Part shown: in pieces, positions 37,584-47,544 of the stretch | Layout of the letters: each line of letters begins with the position of its first letter | Numbering within the stretch: the stretch's first letter is position 1 | From: an uncultured virus (IMG/VR IMGVR_UViG_3300002220_006884) | Lineage: Duplodnaviria; Heunggongvirae; Uroviricota; Caudoviricetes | Length of the DNA: 64,000 nucleotides | Reading direction: 5' to 3' (one strand) | IMG/VR virus record: IMGVR_UViG_3300002220_006884 | Notes under the pieces: generated by a model | The model's database searches: none | What the model saw: only the letters and a program-made list of their open reading frames with translations | Told to the model about the DNA's origin: nothing | Position numbers and translations under genes: made by a program

Positions 37584-37676
37584 TTAATAGTAATGCCCAT
37601 ATTTCAATGCATGCTTATAACGAGCTTCACCAATGGAAACCAATATGTCCCAAGCTTTTTTTAGAAATTTTTTCAT
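37584..37676 (-). CDS. 30 aa peptide MKKFLKKAWDILVSIGEARYKHALKYGHYY
   Basis: Tandem paralog; AAGGA RBS. Confidence 0.7.
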   Translation of the reverse strand: MKKFLKKAWDILVSIGEARYKHALKYGHYY

Positions 37677-37697
37677 TTTAAATCCTTTTCTTTTTAA

Positions 37698-37790
37698 TTA
37701 ATAGTAATACCCATGTTTCACTGAATGCTTATAACGAGCTTCACCAACTGAAACCAATATATCCCAAACATTTTTTAGAAATTTTTTCAT
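37698..37790 (-). CDS. 30 aa peptide MKKFLKNVWDILVSVGEARYKHSVKHGYYY
   Basis: Tandem paralog; AGGTGG RBS. Confidence 0.7.
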   Translation of the reverse strand: MKKFLKNVWDILVSVGEARYKHSVKHGYYY

Positions 37791-37792
37791 TT

Positions 37793-37963
37793 TTACCACC
37801 TTTTTGAACCATGTTTATCAAACTCATGAGTCCAATATTCAACATCAAATATTGATTGTGGATTTTTACTGATTATATATTTCTCTAATTCACTTTGATT
37901 AATTGTGGGGTAAGGTTTTGGCTGAAACAACACAGATATTTTTGCGATAATAGTTTTTAACAT
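37793..37963 (-). CDS. 56 aa protein, DUF3563-like (tentative)
   Basis: LEKYIISKNPQSIFDVEYWTHEFD; AAGGA RBS; first gene of the peptide operon. Confidence 0.55.
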   Translation of the reverse strand: MLKTIIAKISVLFQPKPYPTINQSELEKYIISKNPQSIFDVEYWTHEFDKHGSKRW

Positions 37964-38026
37964 TTTTTTCCTTTGGTTAATTTTATAGGTGTAAACCCTT
38001 AGTAATTTTATTATATACTAGTTTTA

Positions 38027-38041
38027 TGTTGCATTGCAACA
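38027..38041. promoter_or_regulatory. Palindromic operator TGTTGCA-T-TGCAACA
   Basis: Perfect 7-1-7 palindrome in the promoter region of the peptide operon. Confidence 0.5.
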
Positions 38042-38171
38042 ATTGTCAAGATAAAACAGTTAAATAATTTAAATATATTTAACTGTTTAGCACTTAGTTA
38101 TGAAATTGTTGGTCACCAGGACAACTAAAGAAAGAGGAATGTTGAATGGGATAAGTTTGGGCTGTTAATTT

Positions 38172-38402
38172 TTAACGCATTAATGTTAATACATTTCCAT
38201 TTTTGTTTTCAAGAACAATTTTATTTTGTTCTCGCCGTTTATTAGCTTTTTCACGACTAATTTCATTATGAGCTTTCATGTAATAACCAATTTTAATTTC
38301 TTCAATAAAAATTTCGAAAGCTTTAACCTTATCATCATCTGTATTTTTGGAAGCAATAATTTCAGCAATTTTATGTTTAATGATTTTATCAGAAACAGTC
38401 AT
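38172..38402 (-). CDS. Small hypothetical protein
   Basis: AAGGGA RBS, TACAAT upstream. Confidence 0.55.
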   Translation of the reverse strand: MTVSDKIIKHKIAEIIASKNTDDDKVKAFEIFIEEIKIGYYMKAHNEISREKANKRREQNKIVLENKNGNVLTLMR

Positions 38403-38477
38403 TTTTTTCCCTTAAGTTTAATAAAGGTGTATTGTATCAGAAAAATAAATAAAAGTTTGGACTAATAATTATGTTTA

Positions 38478-38786
38478 TTGAACTACCTATTGTGCTATAA
38501 TAATTATATTCTAACAATGGGGTTTAATATGAAAAAAGTTTTCTTTGCAGCTATTATTTCTTTAATTGTATTGACTGCTTGTGGAAAGCGAGAAATGACA
38601 GTTGAAGAATTTAAATATAAGTCTGCTGAAATTGAAAAAATGAATAGCTATCAAGAAAGTGAAATTGTTGGAAAAGTTAAAGGTCGTGATGTATTAATTC
38701 ATAAATTTATTGATAAAGAAACAAATAATGTATGTTATTTTATTGAATATAATTTTCAGAATATGAGTTGCTTAAATATTAAATAA
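38478..38786 (+). CDS. Small lipoprotein; likely start 38529
   Basis: MKKVFFAAIISLIVLTAC lipobox. Confidence 0.7.
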   Translation: MNYLLCYNNYILTMGFNMKKVFFAAIISLIVLTACGKREMTVEEFKYKSAEIEKMNSYQESEIVGKVKGRDVLIHKFIDKETNNVCYFIEYNFQNMSCLNIK

Positions 38787-38817
38787 TGATTAATACACAA
38801 GAAGAAATGGAGCAGTT

Positions 38818-39054
38818 ATGAATGCAATTAATTGGTCAGAGATTGAAGAATGTGAATTAAATCCTGAATATGATTTGTGTGGAATATTTAATGGCAAATA
38901 TGTAGATGTGGTCAGAAGTGAATCAGGAAAATGGTCTACACTGTTTAATGGTGTAAGGATTAAAGAAAATATTAAAACAAGATTAGAAGCTAAAGAATAT
39001 GTTGAAAATGTTGATTTAATTGATGCCTTAACTAACCAACATGAGTATTCCTAA
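38818..39054 (+). CDS. Hypothetical protein
   Basis: GGAG RBS. Confidence 0.6.
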   Translation: MNAINWSEIEECELNPEYDLCGIFNGKYVDVVRSESGKWSTLFNGVRIKENIKTRLEAKEYVENVDLIDALTNQHEYS

Positions 39055-39205
39055 TAAATTAGGTCTTAACTAATATGAAAATTTGTAGAACAATAGTAGA
39101 GATTATTGGTTGGATTACAATTGCTTTTGCAATTGTTGGTTCAACAATTGATTCTTATGATTTCCGTTTTTGTTTAGCACCTACTGGAACATGTTTTAAA
39201 CCAAA

Positions 39206-39375
39206 TTGAACTACCATGCCCTAAAGGACATGGATTCCTGCTTCGCAGGACTTAGCCCTAGACTTCGATAAAAATAAAATGTGAAGTCTAATTTTTAGCT
39301 AAAATGGTTTTTTCATTTGTGGCAAAGAGATGGTAGTAATTTACCGGCACCGTCCTTTATGGAGGTGTGATTCAC
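39206..39375. mobile_element. Two outward-facing IS200/IS605 right-end remnants
   Basis: Plus strand GCACCGTCCTTTATGGAGGTGTGATTCAC (39347-39375); minus strand GCAGGAATCCATGTCCTTTAGGGCATGGTAGTTCAA ending at 39206. Confidence 0.65.
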
Positions 39376-39382
39376 CTATATA

Positions 39383-39595
39383 TTAAGTAATGCCATACTT
39401 GTCATACCATTTATATCTTTGAAACTTTGAAGTTTTTGAGTCAGCATAAGAAGCAAGATTAAAAGCTCTAGGCAAGCACCATTTGCCATCCTTAAAAAGA
39501 CAGTCACAAGAAAGTGAATCACCAAGGTGAATTTGAAACAAACCATCTTTTGGTGGTGGTGAAATATTAAATTTCTCAACATTAAGATATATCAT
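39383..39595 (-). CDS. Small hypothetical protein
   Basis: 70 aa ORF downstream of 39611..39811. Confidence 0.45.
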   Translation of the reverse strand: MIYLNVEKFNISPPPKDGLFQIHLGDSLSCDCLFKDGKWCLPRAFNLASYADSKTSKFQRYKWYDKYGIT

Positions 39596-39610
39596 TGGCG
39601 TTGTAATATT

Positions 39611-39811
39611 TTAGTTGTCTACATATGCCCATTCTCCATGAATGTCATCAATATAAAAAATATTATATTTTCTTAGTTCATTTTTTAATTTTTCTAAATC
39701 ATTAAAATTACCACCCCAACCTGTAGAAATATTTTTTTCAATTACTTCTCCTGCAATAATTGCTGCTGCTTTTTTCATTGTATAGTCTACATATTTTCTT
39801 GTTGTTGCCAT
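39611..39811 (-). CDS. Small hypothetical protein (paralog of 12963..13163)
   Basis: Sequence similarity; AGGA RBS. Confidence 0.65.
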   Translation of the reverse strand: MATTRKYVDYTMKKAAAIIAGEVIEKNISTGWGGNFNDLEKLKNELRKYNIFYIDDIHGEWAYVDN

Positions 39812-40021
39812 AACTATATCCTATATTAAAAATAATGGTGTATTGTATCATGATTTTAACTATTAAGTGTGTTTAATTGTTTGTTGTGGAATAGTTTAAT
39901 CAACTACAAACGAATTAATATGAATAAAAGAACTTAAACTTAAATCTTATGTTGAGTGTGTTGAAGATGTAATTAACCCGTCAAGTAACTATTTAAGTTA
40001 TAAGAAAAATCTATTGTTTTT

Positions 40022-40441
40022 TTGATTAATTTAATTTTTAATCCTATATTTTATGATATAATTGAATCTTTCAATAGAATGTTAATTTTGGAGTTTCATA
40101 TGAGTATGAATTTACATCTTAGTGGTAAACGTGAAGTAACCGTTAAAAAGACAGGAAAGAGTTCTGAGCAAAATATTAGTTTTGATTTGTGGCAAACTCC
40201 TACATCTGTAACAAATGATGCCTGTAATAGTTCGAATCCAAAAGATTCTTATGTTTCCTGGGCAAGCAAATTTGATAAAGATGAACAAGAGCCAATTTAT
40301 GCTGATGGGGATATTTTTTGTGAACAAGAGCCAATTGGTCATGAAATTAGAAATGATTTTAAATCCCATATTAAAGAGTTAGAGGAATGGTTGGTTATGT
40401 GTGAAGAAGAAGGATATGAAGTTGAGTTTTATTCACTTTAA
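40022..40441 (+). CDS. Hypothetical protein (paralog of 21141..21551); likely start 40100
   Basis: Sequence similarity; GGAG RBS. Confidence 0.7.
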   Translation: MINLIFNPIFYDIIESFNRMLILEFHMSMNLHLSGKREVTVKKTGKSSEQNISFDLWQTPTSVTNDACNSSNPKDSYVSWASKFDKDEQEPIYADGDIFCEQEPIGHEIRNDFKSHIKELEEWLVMCEEEGYEVEFYSL

Positions 40442-40450
40442 AGGATTATT

Positions 40451-41726
40451 ATGACAAAAACAAAACAATTAGAAATTGCAAATTATTGCTATGCTTTTGC
40501 ATCTGGAATGTTTGCAGAATTTCACAATCCAAATATGCGAGGGGATAAATTCACTTGGACTAATTTTCCTAGTATGGTAGAGAGATTAGCTAGGGCACAA
40601 GTATTCACTAGTGTTTCTATGACAAAAAAGACTCAGGTTGAAATTGAAGATAAAGCTGCTGAATATGCCAAGGAAATTGCTAATACTTTAATTAAGCGTG
40701 CTGGATATATTTAATTTCGTGAAAAATTTAGTTCATTAAACTAAGATAGGGAAAATAAATGAAAAAAAGAATTGATATTTTACTAAATGAGTGCACAGAT
40801 CAAAAAATGAAAAAACCTTGGCCTCTAATTGATGCTAAGAAGTTTGCTGAATTACTTATTCGTGAGTGTGCGATGGTAGCAGAAGAAGTGGATGGAGATT
40901 ATCGTGCAAGAAAATGTATTTTAGAGCATTTTGGAGTAACTGAATGACAAACTTAATGGGAATCGATTCATTAACACAATATGCAAATAAATTAAGAGAA
41001 AATATTTTTCCATCATTGGAAAATCAGAAATATAAATCATTAGGTGAATTTAGTTCTGATTGGAATACCTTTGTTTATTTTGAGAGTGCACGTGCAGCAG
41101 AACAAATAGGATATGGATTCCATCCTTTAGCATTCTTAAATGATGTGCTTTACACTTAATTAACTTTTATAATACTAGGAGATTTTAAAATGAAAACATA
41201 CGAAGAAATGATTCAGTATACGGTAGATAAAGTAGACAGTGGGATTTTGAGATATCAAGAGTGGACTGCTGTAATTTTGTTGTCAGAAGCATATGGTGTG
41301 AGTCAAGAAATAATTAGTTCTGATATTAAAGTAGAAAAAGAATTTCGTGAAAAGGCAAGGCTGGAAAAACGTCGGATGGAGAGTCGTGCAAGCAATGAAA
41401 AAAGACGATTAGCTAATTTAGAGTCTCAAGGTTAACATTTCTATTTTAAGTATTATGAAGGAAAATAAATGACAAATAGTACAAGGCTTACCATTCCAAA
41501 TGGGGCATTTAAACAAGAAGAACCATTTTTAAGCATTGGGAAAAAATGGATTTCTTATGCTCAAGAAGAATGTGATGTGAATGACATTGCAACTGCAATT
41601 TGGTCTGCAATTAAAGATGTTCAGAATGAACTTATTGTTAATAAATCATTAGGTGTATGCACTAAATTTGCAATGTGTGACAACTTGGCTTTTGAAGATA
41701 GAGAAAAAATATTAAATATTAAATAA
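40451..41726 (+). other. Run of five small hypothetical genes (40451-40714, 40759-40947, 40944-41159, 41190-41435, 41469-41726)
   Basis: Co-oriented, tightly spaced, each with a purine-rich RBS. Confidence 0.6.
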
Positions 41727-41743
41727 TAAATATGAGTCATTAT

Positions 41744-42220
41744 TTAAATAGTCATTCCCATCAATAACAATTTAGAACCTGGACTTAAAGAATTTTTTTC
41801 CTTTTCTTCATTATTTTCTCTAATCATTGTAATGTTTTTCATTACATTTAGTTTTTTTTCTATTAAATCTTCTGGACTCAATAAAGAATTTTCCTGTGTG
41901 AGTTTTTCTGATTTATCTTTTTCACTATTATATGAAATGTAAGTTGCTATAGATCCAACAATAGCTGACACACCTAATGCCAAAAAAGAACCCGCCCTTG
42001 GTCCAGTAACTGCTTGAGTTAATAGATTAATTACTGGTTTAAATGCGGAACTCTCAAGAATTACAGGACCAGCAATCAGATATGTTGATATAGCTCCAAT
42101 GACTCCTTTTGTGGCCCCAATAATGAAATGATTTGAAAATCTATCTTCATTTATGTGGTCATATTCTTTGATCATTTTTAATTCATCATCATTTAATTTA
42201 TCTAAGACTTTATTTTTCAT
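41744..42220 (-). CDS. Two-TM membrane protein
   Basis: Two Gly/Ala-rich hydrophobic segments. Confidence 0.55.
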   Translation of the reverse strand: MKNKVLDKLNDDELKMIKEYDHINEDRFSNHFIIGATKGVIGAISTYLIAGPVILESSAFKPVINLLTQAVTGPRAGSFLALGVSAIVGSIATYISYNSEKDKSEKLTQENSLLSPEDLIEKKLNVMKNITMIRENNEEKEKNSLSPGSKLLLMGMTI

Positions 42221-42451
42221 AACTAACTTCCAACTGTTTTATAAATATATTATATTATATTTATTTTTATATGCAAATAAATTAAACATTTTTCTAATGA
42301 GATTTAGAAAAGCTAGAGATTGGTTATAACTAAAATATAATAGCCATTAATAACTTCAAACTAAAGAAAAAAACTTTACTTTTAACAAGTTAAGTGTGTT
42401 ATAATAACCATTACGAAGTTAATTTTACTAATGAAATAGAAGGAGTTTTAA

Positions 42452-43057
42452 ATGGGTGCATGTTTTGATAGCCGAACTTTCAAGGCTTCTAGTGAAAAAA
42501 AATTGAAAGAAGATTTCGCAGAGTATCAAGAGCATATGTGTAACGAAAATGGCCAAGATTCATATGCTGGTCATATAGGTATTGCTAATGGATTGATTAT
42601 TGAAAATAAAACATTTAAAAATGAAAATGAAGCACATGATTATGTATCTAATCGTGCAGAAAAATGGCAAGCAGCCGTTGCAGTTAAGGTTGGCGACTTT
42701 AGTAAGGTATTTCCAGTAACAGCAACAGAAAAAAAAGAAGTATTAAAACTAGATGAATTGAAAGAACGAGTTTCTAATTTTCAAAAAGATTTAATTGTTC
42801 GTGTGAAGCAAAGTAAATCAACACAGCGTGGATGCAAAAAGTGTGGAAGTAAGATTTCAGTTAAATATGTTAAAGACATTTGCTGCCCTGTTTGTGGTGA
42901 TCATCATTTTATTGAAACAGAAACAGATACAAAAAATTTAACTAATTTAAAAGTTAAATTAAAAGAACAGCAAACCAAAGTAAATGTTATGTCTAAAAAG
43001 TATGATGAAAAAACAAAAGATACTTATTGGTTTGTTGGAGCATTGTGTGCTAGTTAA
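42452..43057 (+). CDS. Zinc-ribbon and coiled-coil hypothetical protein
   Basis: CKKCGS...CPVCG; AGGAG RBS. Confidence 0.65.
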   Translation: MGACFDSRTFKASSEKKLKEDFAEYQEHMCNENGQDSYAGHIGIANGLIIENKTFKNENEAHDYVSNRAEKWQAAVAVKVGDFSKVFPVTATEKKEVLKLDELKERVSNFQKDLIVRVKQSKSTQRGCKKCGSKISVKYVKDICCPVCGDHHFIETETDTKNLTNLKVKLKEQQTKVNVMSKKYDEKTKDTYWFVGALCAS

Positions 43058-43088
43058 TATATTTCTTATCGGTTAAGAAAAAAACAAT

Positions 43089-43568
43089 ATGGGATTTAAT
43101 ATGAAAATTAATAATGGTCGTGAAGATTGTGTGGTTGGTGAAAAGGGTATTAAATATTTTGAAGAAAAATATAATGCAAAATATATTGCAGATTTATGTT
43201 TGAAAACAGTTGATGGTGGTTGGGCAAATGAGCCTGCCGCAATTTTTTATCAAGAAACACCACCACAACAAGGATATTCAAATTACTTTGCAGTTTTTGT
43301 TCGTAATGGTCAAACATATATTACCAGTGGTCAAAGTGCAGTAGATGGAATTATTGCAGGAATTGAGGCTGATGATGGTGAGGTTATTTTTAGTCGTTAT
43401 CGTCATGATTATAGACAGTCTAAAGATGGTTCTGTATTTATTGATGGTGGAAGAGATTATGTGAAATCAAATAATCCATCTCGTTTAGTAGAAATTAAAA
43501 TTGATGGAGATGAAATGGTAATCCTGCCAAAGCTTAAAACAAGCATGAAATTAGGTAAGCCAAATTAA
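43089..43568 (+). CDS. Conserved-looking phage hypothetical protein
   Basis: S-x-YRHDY...FIDGGRDY motif. Confidence 0.6.
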   Translation: MGFNMKINNGREDCVVGEKGIKYFEEKYNAKYIADLCLKTVDGGWANEPAAIFYQETPPQQGYSNYFAVFVRNGQTYITSGQSAVDGIIAGIEADDGEVIFSRYRHDYRQSKDGSVFIDGGRDYVKSNNPSRLVEIKIDGDEMVILPKLKTSMKLGKPN

Positions 43569-43744
43569 TAGATTGTTGTTATTAGTTCTCTAGTTTTTTT
43601 ATCAAGCCCCTCTGAAACATTGTTGGAACACAAGTCGCTTGGTAGGGTTTGTTAAACCAAGCTGATAAACCTACACTATCCCAAGATAGATTATTCTATC
43701 TTGGGTTCTTTTGTTATTGGTTATTTTTTTAGTATACTTTATAT

Positions 43745-44281
43745 ATGAAAAATATTTTAATAACAAAATTAGACGAAAATAACGACACAAGAGAATCACA
43801 AATAACAAAATGTATTGATATATATAATCAATCAATGAGTGAGTCTTTTGCTAATCATGTTTTTGCAAACAGAGAAGACTGGAATGAAATTGTAGAAGAG
43901 ACTACAGTGAATTGGAATTCTTGTAACTTATTATTAACAGAAAATAAAGAAGTGATAGGGTTTTATTTAAGTGTAGGTAATTATTCAGCTAAAATGGGAT
44001 TATTGCAACTATTTGCGATTGACACAAATTATCAAGGTAAAGGATTAGGAAGGGGTCTTCTTGAACATTGTTTGGATGAAATGGACAACTTGGGTTTTAT
44101 TAATAAAATAACATTTGCTAAAAAAGAAATGCCTGAAACTTTAAAGTTCTATCAAAAAATATGGGGTAAAATAGATTTTAATAATCATCTTACCGATGAG
44201 TATGGTGATTCTATAGTGAAAATAAATTTCAATAAACGACCAAAGAAAAATAATAGGCAACATTTTAGTTCTTCAATGTGA
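43745..44281 (+). CDS. GNAT acetyltransferase
   Basis: LFAIDTNYQGKGLGR, FYQK. Confidence 0.8.
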   Translation: MKNILITKLDENNDTRESQITKCIDIYNQSMSESFANHVFANREDWNEIVEETTVNWNSCNLLLTENKEVIGFYLSVGNYSAKMGLLQLFAIDTNYQGKGLGRGLLEHCLDEMDNLGFINKITFAKKEMPETLKFYQKIWGKIDFNNHLTDEYGDSIVKINFNKRPKKNNRQHFSSSM

Positions 44282-44449
44282 ATATATTTCATATTGTCAT
44301 AATAGGAACGACACAATATCAATAGTTTAAGTATAAGAACAATATGTTGTTAATTTAAATCTTTTGTTTTTCATTTCATATTTGTTGAATAGTTGTTTGA
44401 ATTTTGATGTATAATGAACGCTGTATCAACTCTATAAGGTGGAACCATA

Positions 44450-44833
44450 ATGCTCAAATTTACAACCAAACAAATGATTACAGTCCAAGATTGGGATGAA
44501 TTAGTAGGAAAAACATATGGGCGACCTTACAGCTTCCAGCAACAAGATGGATGTAAAGAGCGTGGAACACACGACATTACCGTTCCAGATAAAGGATATG
44601 ATTCAAAAAATGAAACAATACCTGAAGAAATCAATGGTGATAAAATGGGTGTTAGTTTTGCAGCATGGTTAGCCCGCGATCCAAAAGAATGGAATGGTGA
44701 TTCTGAAGATAAGATGTTTATTGATATGTTTTGGGAGCGTAATTTTTACCCAGATGTGCAAATGATTGCAAATGACCTACATGCTAAAGGATTAATTCCA
44801 ACAGGGGAATATGTTATTGAAATTGATTGGTAA
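44450..44833 (+). CDS. Hypothetical phage-like protein
   Basis: AGGTGG RBS, own promoter. Confidence 0.65.
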   Translation: MLKFTTKQMITVQDWDELVGKTYGRPYSFQQQDGCKERGTHDITVPDKGYDSKNETIPEEINGDKMGVSFAAWLARDPKEWNGDSEDKMFIDMFWERNFYPDVQMIANDLHAKGLIPTGEYVIEIDW

Positions 44834-44933
44834 TGAAGAAGTTAATCACACTAAGTTAATGGATGGCACATTGGGGAAGTGCCTAGTGAATAAATGTGTT
44901 ATAATATCTTCAACATAAATATTTAAGAAAATC

Positions 44934-45281
44934 ATGAACTTTATCTCTAATTTATTCACTAAAAAGAATGTAGTAATTCCAATACAAGAACCAAATAGAT
45001 TTCCAGACTTTAATAATATTCCAACTTGGATGGAAGAAAAGGTTAATTATTTTGCAGTAAAATATCCAGAAAGTTTATTTCATCTTTTTTGTCCTTCAAT
45101 GGCTGATTATTTGCCATTAACGGTTACTGCTGGAACTAGTAAGGAACAGTTTTTCAAACATATTGAAACATATACTGCCTTAAAAAATAAATATCCTGAA
45201 GCTGTAAAAAAAGCTAAAGAAAATATTGTAAGTTGGAATATTTTCAATGGTGGTCCACAAGAAGATTACCATATTATTTAA
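44934..45281 (+). CDS. Hypothetical protein
   Basis: TGTTATAAT promoter upstream. Confidence 0.55.
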   Translation: MNFISNLFTKKNVVIPIQEPNRFPDFNNIPTWMEEKVNYFAVKYPESLFHLFCPSMADYLPLTVTAGTSKEQFFKHIETYTALKNKYPEAVKKAKENIVSWNIFNGGPQEDYHII

Positions 45282-45354
45282 TAATTAAACACAAAATTAT
45301 GGCATCGAAGGTATGCTATAATTATTACATCAAAAACAAAATGGAGTAATTAAA

Positions 45355-45513
45355 ATGCAAGGTTCAAAATCTGATTCTTTCCAAAAGGTATCAAAACAAA
45401 ATAAACATTGGGATGATGGCACTGGTAAGCGTCAAGATAATCGTAAGTTTAGTTCTGATAAATCAGCACGTCGTAGTAATCAAAAAAATCATGAAAAATC
45501 AATAATTAATTAA
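45355..45513 (+). CDS. 52 aa basic protein MQGSKSDSFQK..., missed by ORF track
   Basis: GGAG RBS, TGCTATAAT promoter; paralog of 11719..11868. Confidence 0.7.
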   Translation: MQGSKSDSFQKVSKQNKHWDDGTGKRQDNRKFSSDKSARRSNQKNHEKSIIN

Positions 45514-45574
45514 ATATTAGAATATTTAACAAAAAATAAGGATTTTCTGTTAGAAACCAAACCAAAAGACTATT

Positions 45575-45880
45575 ATGACTACTTATATTTACTCATTTAA
45601 AAACAAATTTTACTTAGGTGTTTATTCTAATATTTTAGAAGCAGACTTGTGTTTTAATAAGTTTTTAAACTCTAATGTTGCTAATCAAACGATTGTATCT
45701 ATTGATGCAGTTACAATGTATGAGCCAAAAATTGTTGTAATGAATGAGTCTTATTACGATAAAAATGGATTATATGTGGAAGATAAACGAGAAGTTCAAA
45801 AATTCTTTGTTAATTCTCAAGGAGAATACTTCTATGTTTTTGGTTCTTATGTCAATAAGTCAAAAATGATTAACTTTTAA
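45575..45880 (+). CDS. Hypothetical protein
   Basis: 101 aa ORF. Confidence 0.5.
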   Translation: MTTYIYSFKNKFYLGVYSNILEADLCFNKFLNSNVANQTIVSIDAVTMYEPKIVVMNESYYDKNGLYVEDKREVQKFFVNSQGEYFYVFGSYVNKSKMINF

Positions 45881-45906
45881 ATATTGTTATTCTTCCTGAT
45901 AAAAAA

Positions 45907-46305
45907 ATGACTAATACTGCAAAAATTTTTAGCGACAATTGCCCATACAATAACAGTTATCAAACTGGTGCAATGCGACTCCTTTTTGTTTGTAGTGTTG
46001 GGATGTTGCGATCTCCAACTGCACAAGTGGTAGCCAGCCAACGAGGTCATAATGCTCGTGCAGTTGGTTCTGATGTAGATATGGCACTAATTCCTTTAAG
46101 TGTTAATCTTATCAATTGGGCTGACCACATTATTTTTGTTAATAATGAAAACTATGTCCAATCATGTAATGAATTTGATAAGATTGGCTATAAAGAAGAT
46201 ATTATTAAGAAAGCAACTATTTGGAATTTACCTGATGACTATAGTTGGGGCGATAATGTTTTATGGAGAATTATTGAAGATAATTTACTTAAAATGGGAC
46301 TCTAA
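45907..46305 (+). CDS. Low-molecular-weight protein-tyrosine phosphatase-like protein
   Basis: LFVCSVGMLRSPTA (CX5R), WADHI, LPDDY. Confidence 0.8.
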   Translation: MTNTAKIFSDNCPYNNSYQTGAMRLLFVCSVGMLRSPTAQVVASQRGHNARAVGSDVDMALIPLSVNLINWADHIIFVNNENYVQSCNEFDKIGYKEDIIKKATIWNLPDDYSWGDNVLWRIIEDNLLKMGL

Positions 46306-46475
46306 TTTTAGTCTAAAGTGTATTTTGATTTAAATTCATTATTTTTTAATTAAAGTTGTGTGACAAATATTAATTTCACATCACAAACTAAAGCTAAGGA
46401 CCTTAATCTTCTTAAGTAAGGTTAAAAGAATATAGAAAGTGTGTGTAATTTTATTTAGAAAGGCTTTCTAATAGA

Positions 46476-47435
46476 TTATATGCAAACTTTTTGCATAATA
46501 TATTTAGCATACTCCAACTCATAGAATCCATCAGAATTAAGTTTGGTATCAAAACCTCCATATACAGCAACAAATTCATCTTTGGTTTGCAATTGAGTGT
46601 ATTTTACAACACCTTTATTTTTAGTGAAGTTTGTAATTTTAGGAAGAGAGTGTTCAGTCATAAATAACTTTGTAATCCAGCCATCAATAGTTAACTGACC
46701 ACCACTACCAACATTTTTTTGGGTAAATATATCTTTCCAAAAATCAATACTAATATCACCTTTTGAGGCAGAGATGAAATGCTCAAGAATAGGTTGAGCT
46801 TTTTTAAAATAGGAATGAAGAGATGGTTGGTTAAAAAGATGCACAAGGTCTTTAAAGCCTTGACTTACCTTTTCCCAATCTTGAACAGTTCCTAGGAGTT
46901 GAATTGATGGGATTCCACACATAAACATGCTGTAATCGTAATAGGGAGAAGCCATATCACAAAAAATAGCCTGGATGGTTTCTGAAATGATAGGTGTTTG
47001 TGTACTAAAATTTTGAAATAAGATTGAAGAATCAAAAAGAATATTTTTAGACACGGCATCAGATAGCACATTAATTGGTATTTCTGTCATTGAATCACTT
47101 GGAACAGTAATCATTTCTTTAGTTTCACTTTTAGTGAAAAGTTGACGATAGCTAGAGGTGTTTGTGGCAATTTCTTTGCTAATTTCTGAAAGAATAACAA
47201 CCCATAAGTCGTGTGGTGCAATAGCAAGTGGCAGATGATTTGAATAGCAATAACTAACGAGTCCAACAAATCCTTGGTTTGGCAAAGATGTTTCAACTTT
47301 ACCAGTTAAAAGTTTATAAGAAAAACGATTTTCACGAGAGTGTTGAGACTGAGAAAGTGCTAGAATATTATATGAAATATCTATTTTTTTAGTTTCTTCA
47401 ATAGCTTTAAGTTTAGTGTTTAGTTTGATTTTCAT
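46476..47435 (-). CDS. DUF4419-like protein
   Basis: YSNHLPL-x-I-x-PHDLW, FSTQT, YYDY..MCGIP-x-I-x-L-x-GT-x-x-DW, GWI motifs. Confidence 0.65.
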   Translation of the reverse strand: MKIKLNTKLKAIEETKKIDISYNILALSQSQHSRENRFSYKLLTGKVETSLPNQGFVGLVSYCYSNHLPLAIAPHDLWVVILSEISKEIATNTSSYRQLFTKSETKEMITVPSDSMTEIPINVLSDAVSKNILFDSSILFQNFSTQTPIISETIQAIFCDMASPYYDYSMFMCGIPSIQLLGTVQDWEKVSQGFKDLVHLFNQPSLHSYFKKAQPILEHFISASKGDISIDFWKDIFTQKNVGSGGQLTIDGWITKLFMTEHSLPKITNFTKNKGVVKYTQLQTKDEFVAVYGGFDTKLNSDGFYELEYAKYIMQKVCI

Positions 47436-47544
47436 TATTTATCCTAATGTTTGATAAAATTATAGCATTAATAATTAATTAATGAGTTGTTTATTTAGTC
47501 TAAGGATATAAATATTTATGATATAATGCTTATGTCTTAAAAAA

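Noticed and set aside
37479..37790. CRISPR-like array
   Set aside because: Units are about 114 bp, similar along their length and encode peptides; there are no unique spacers
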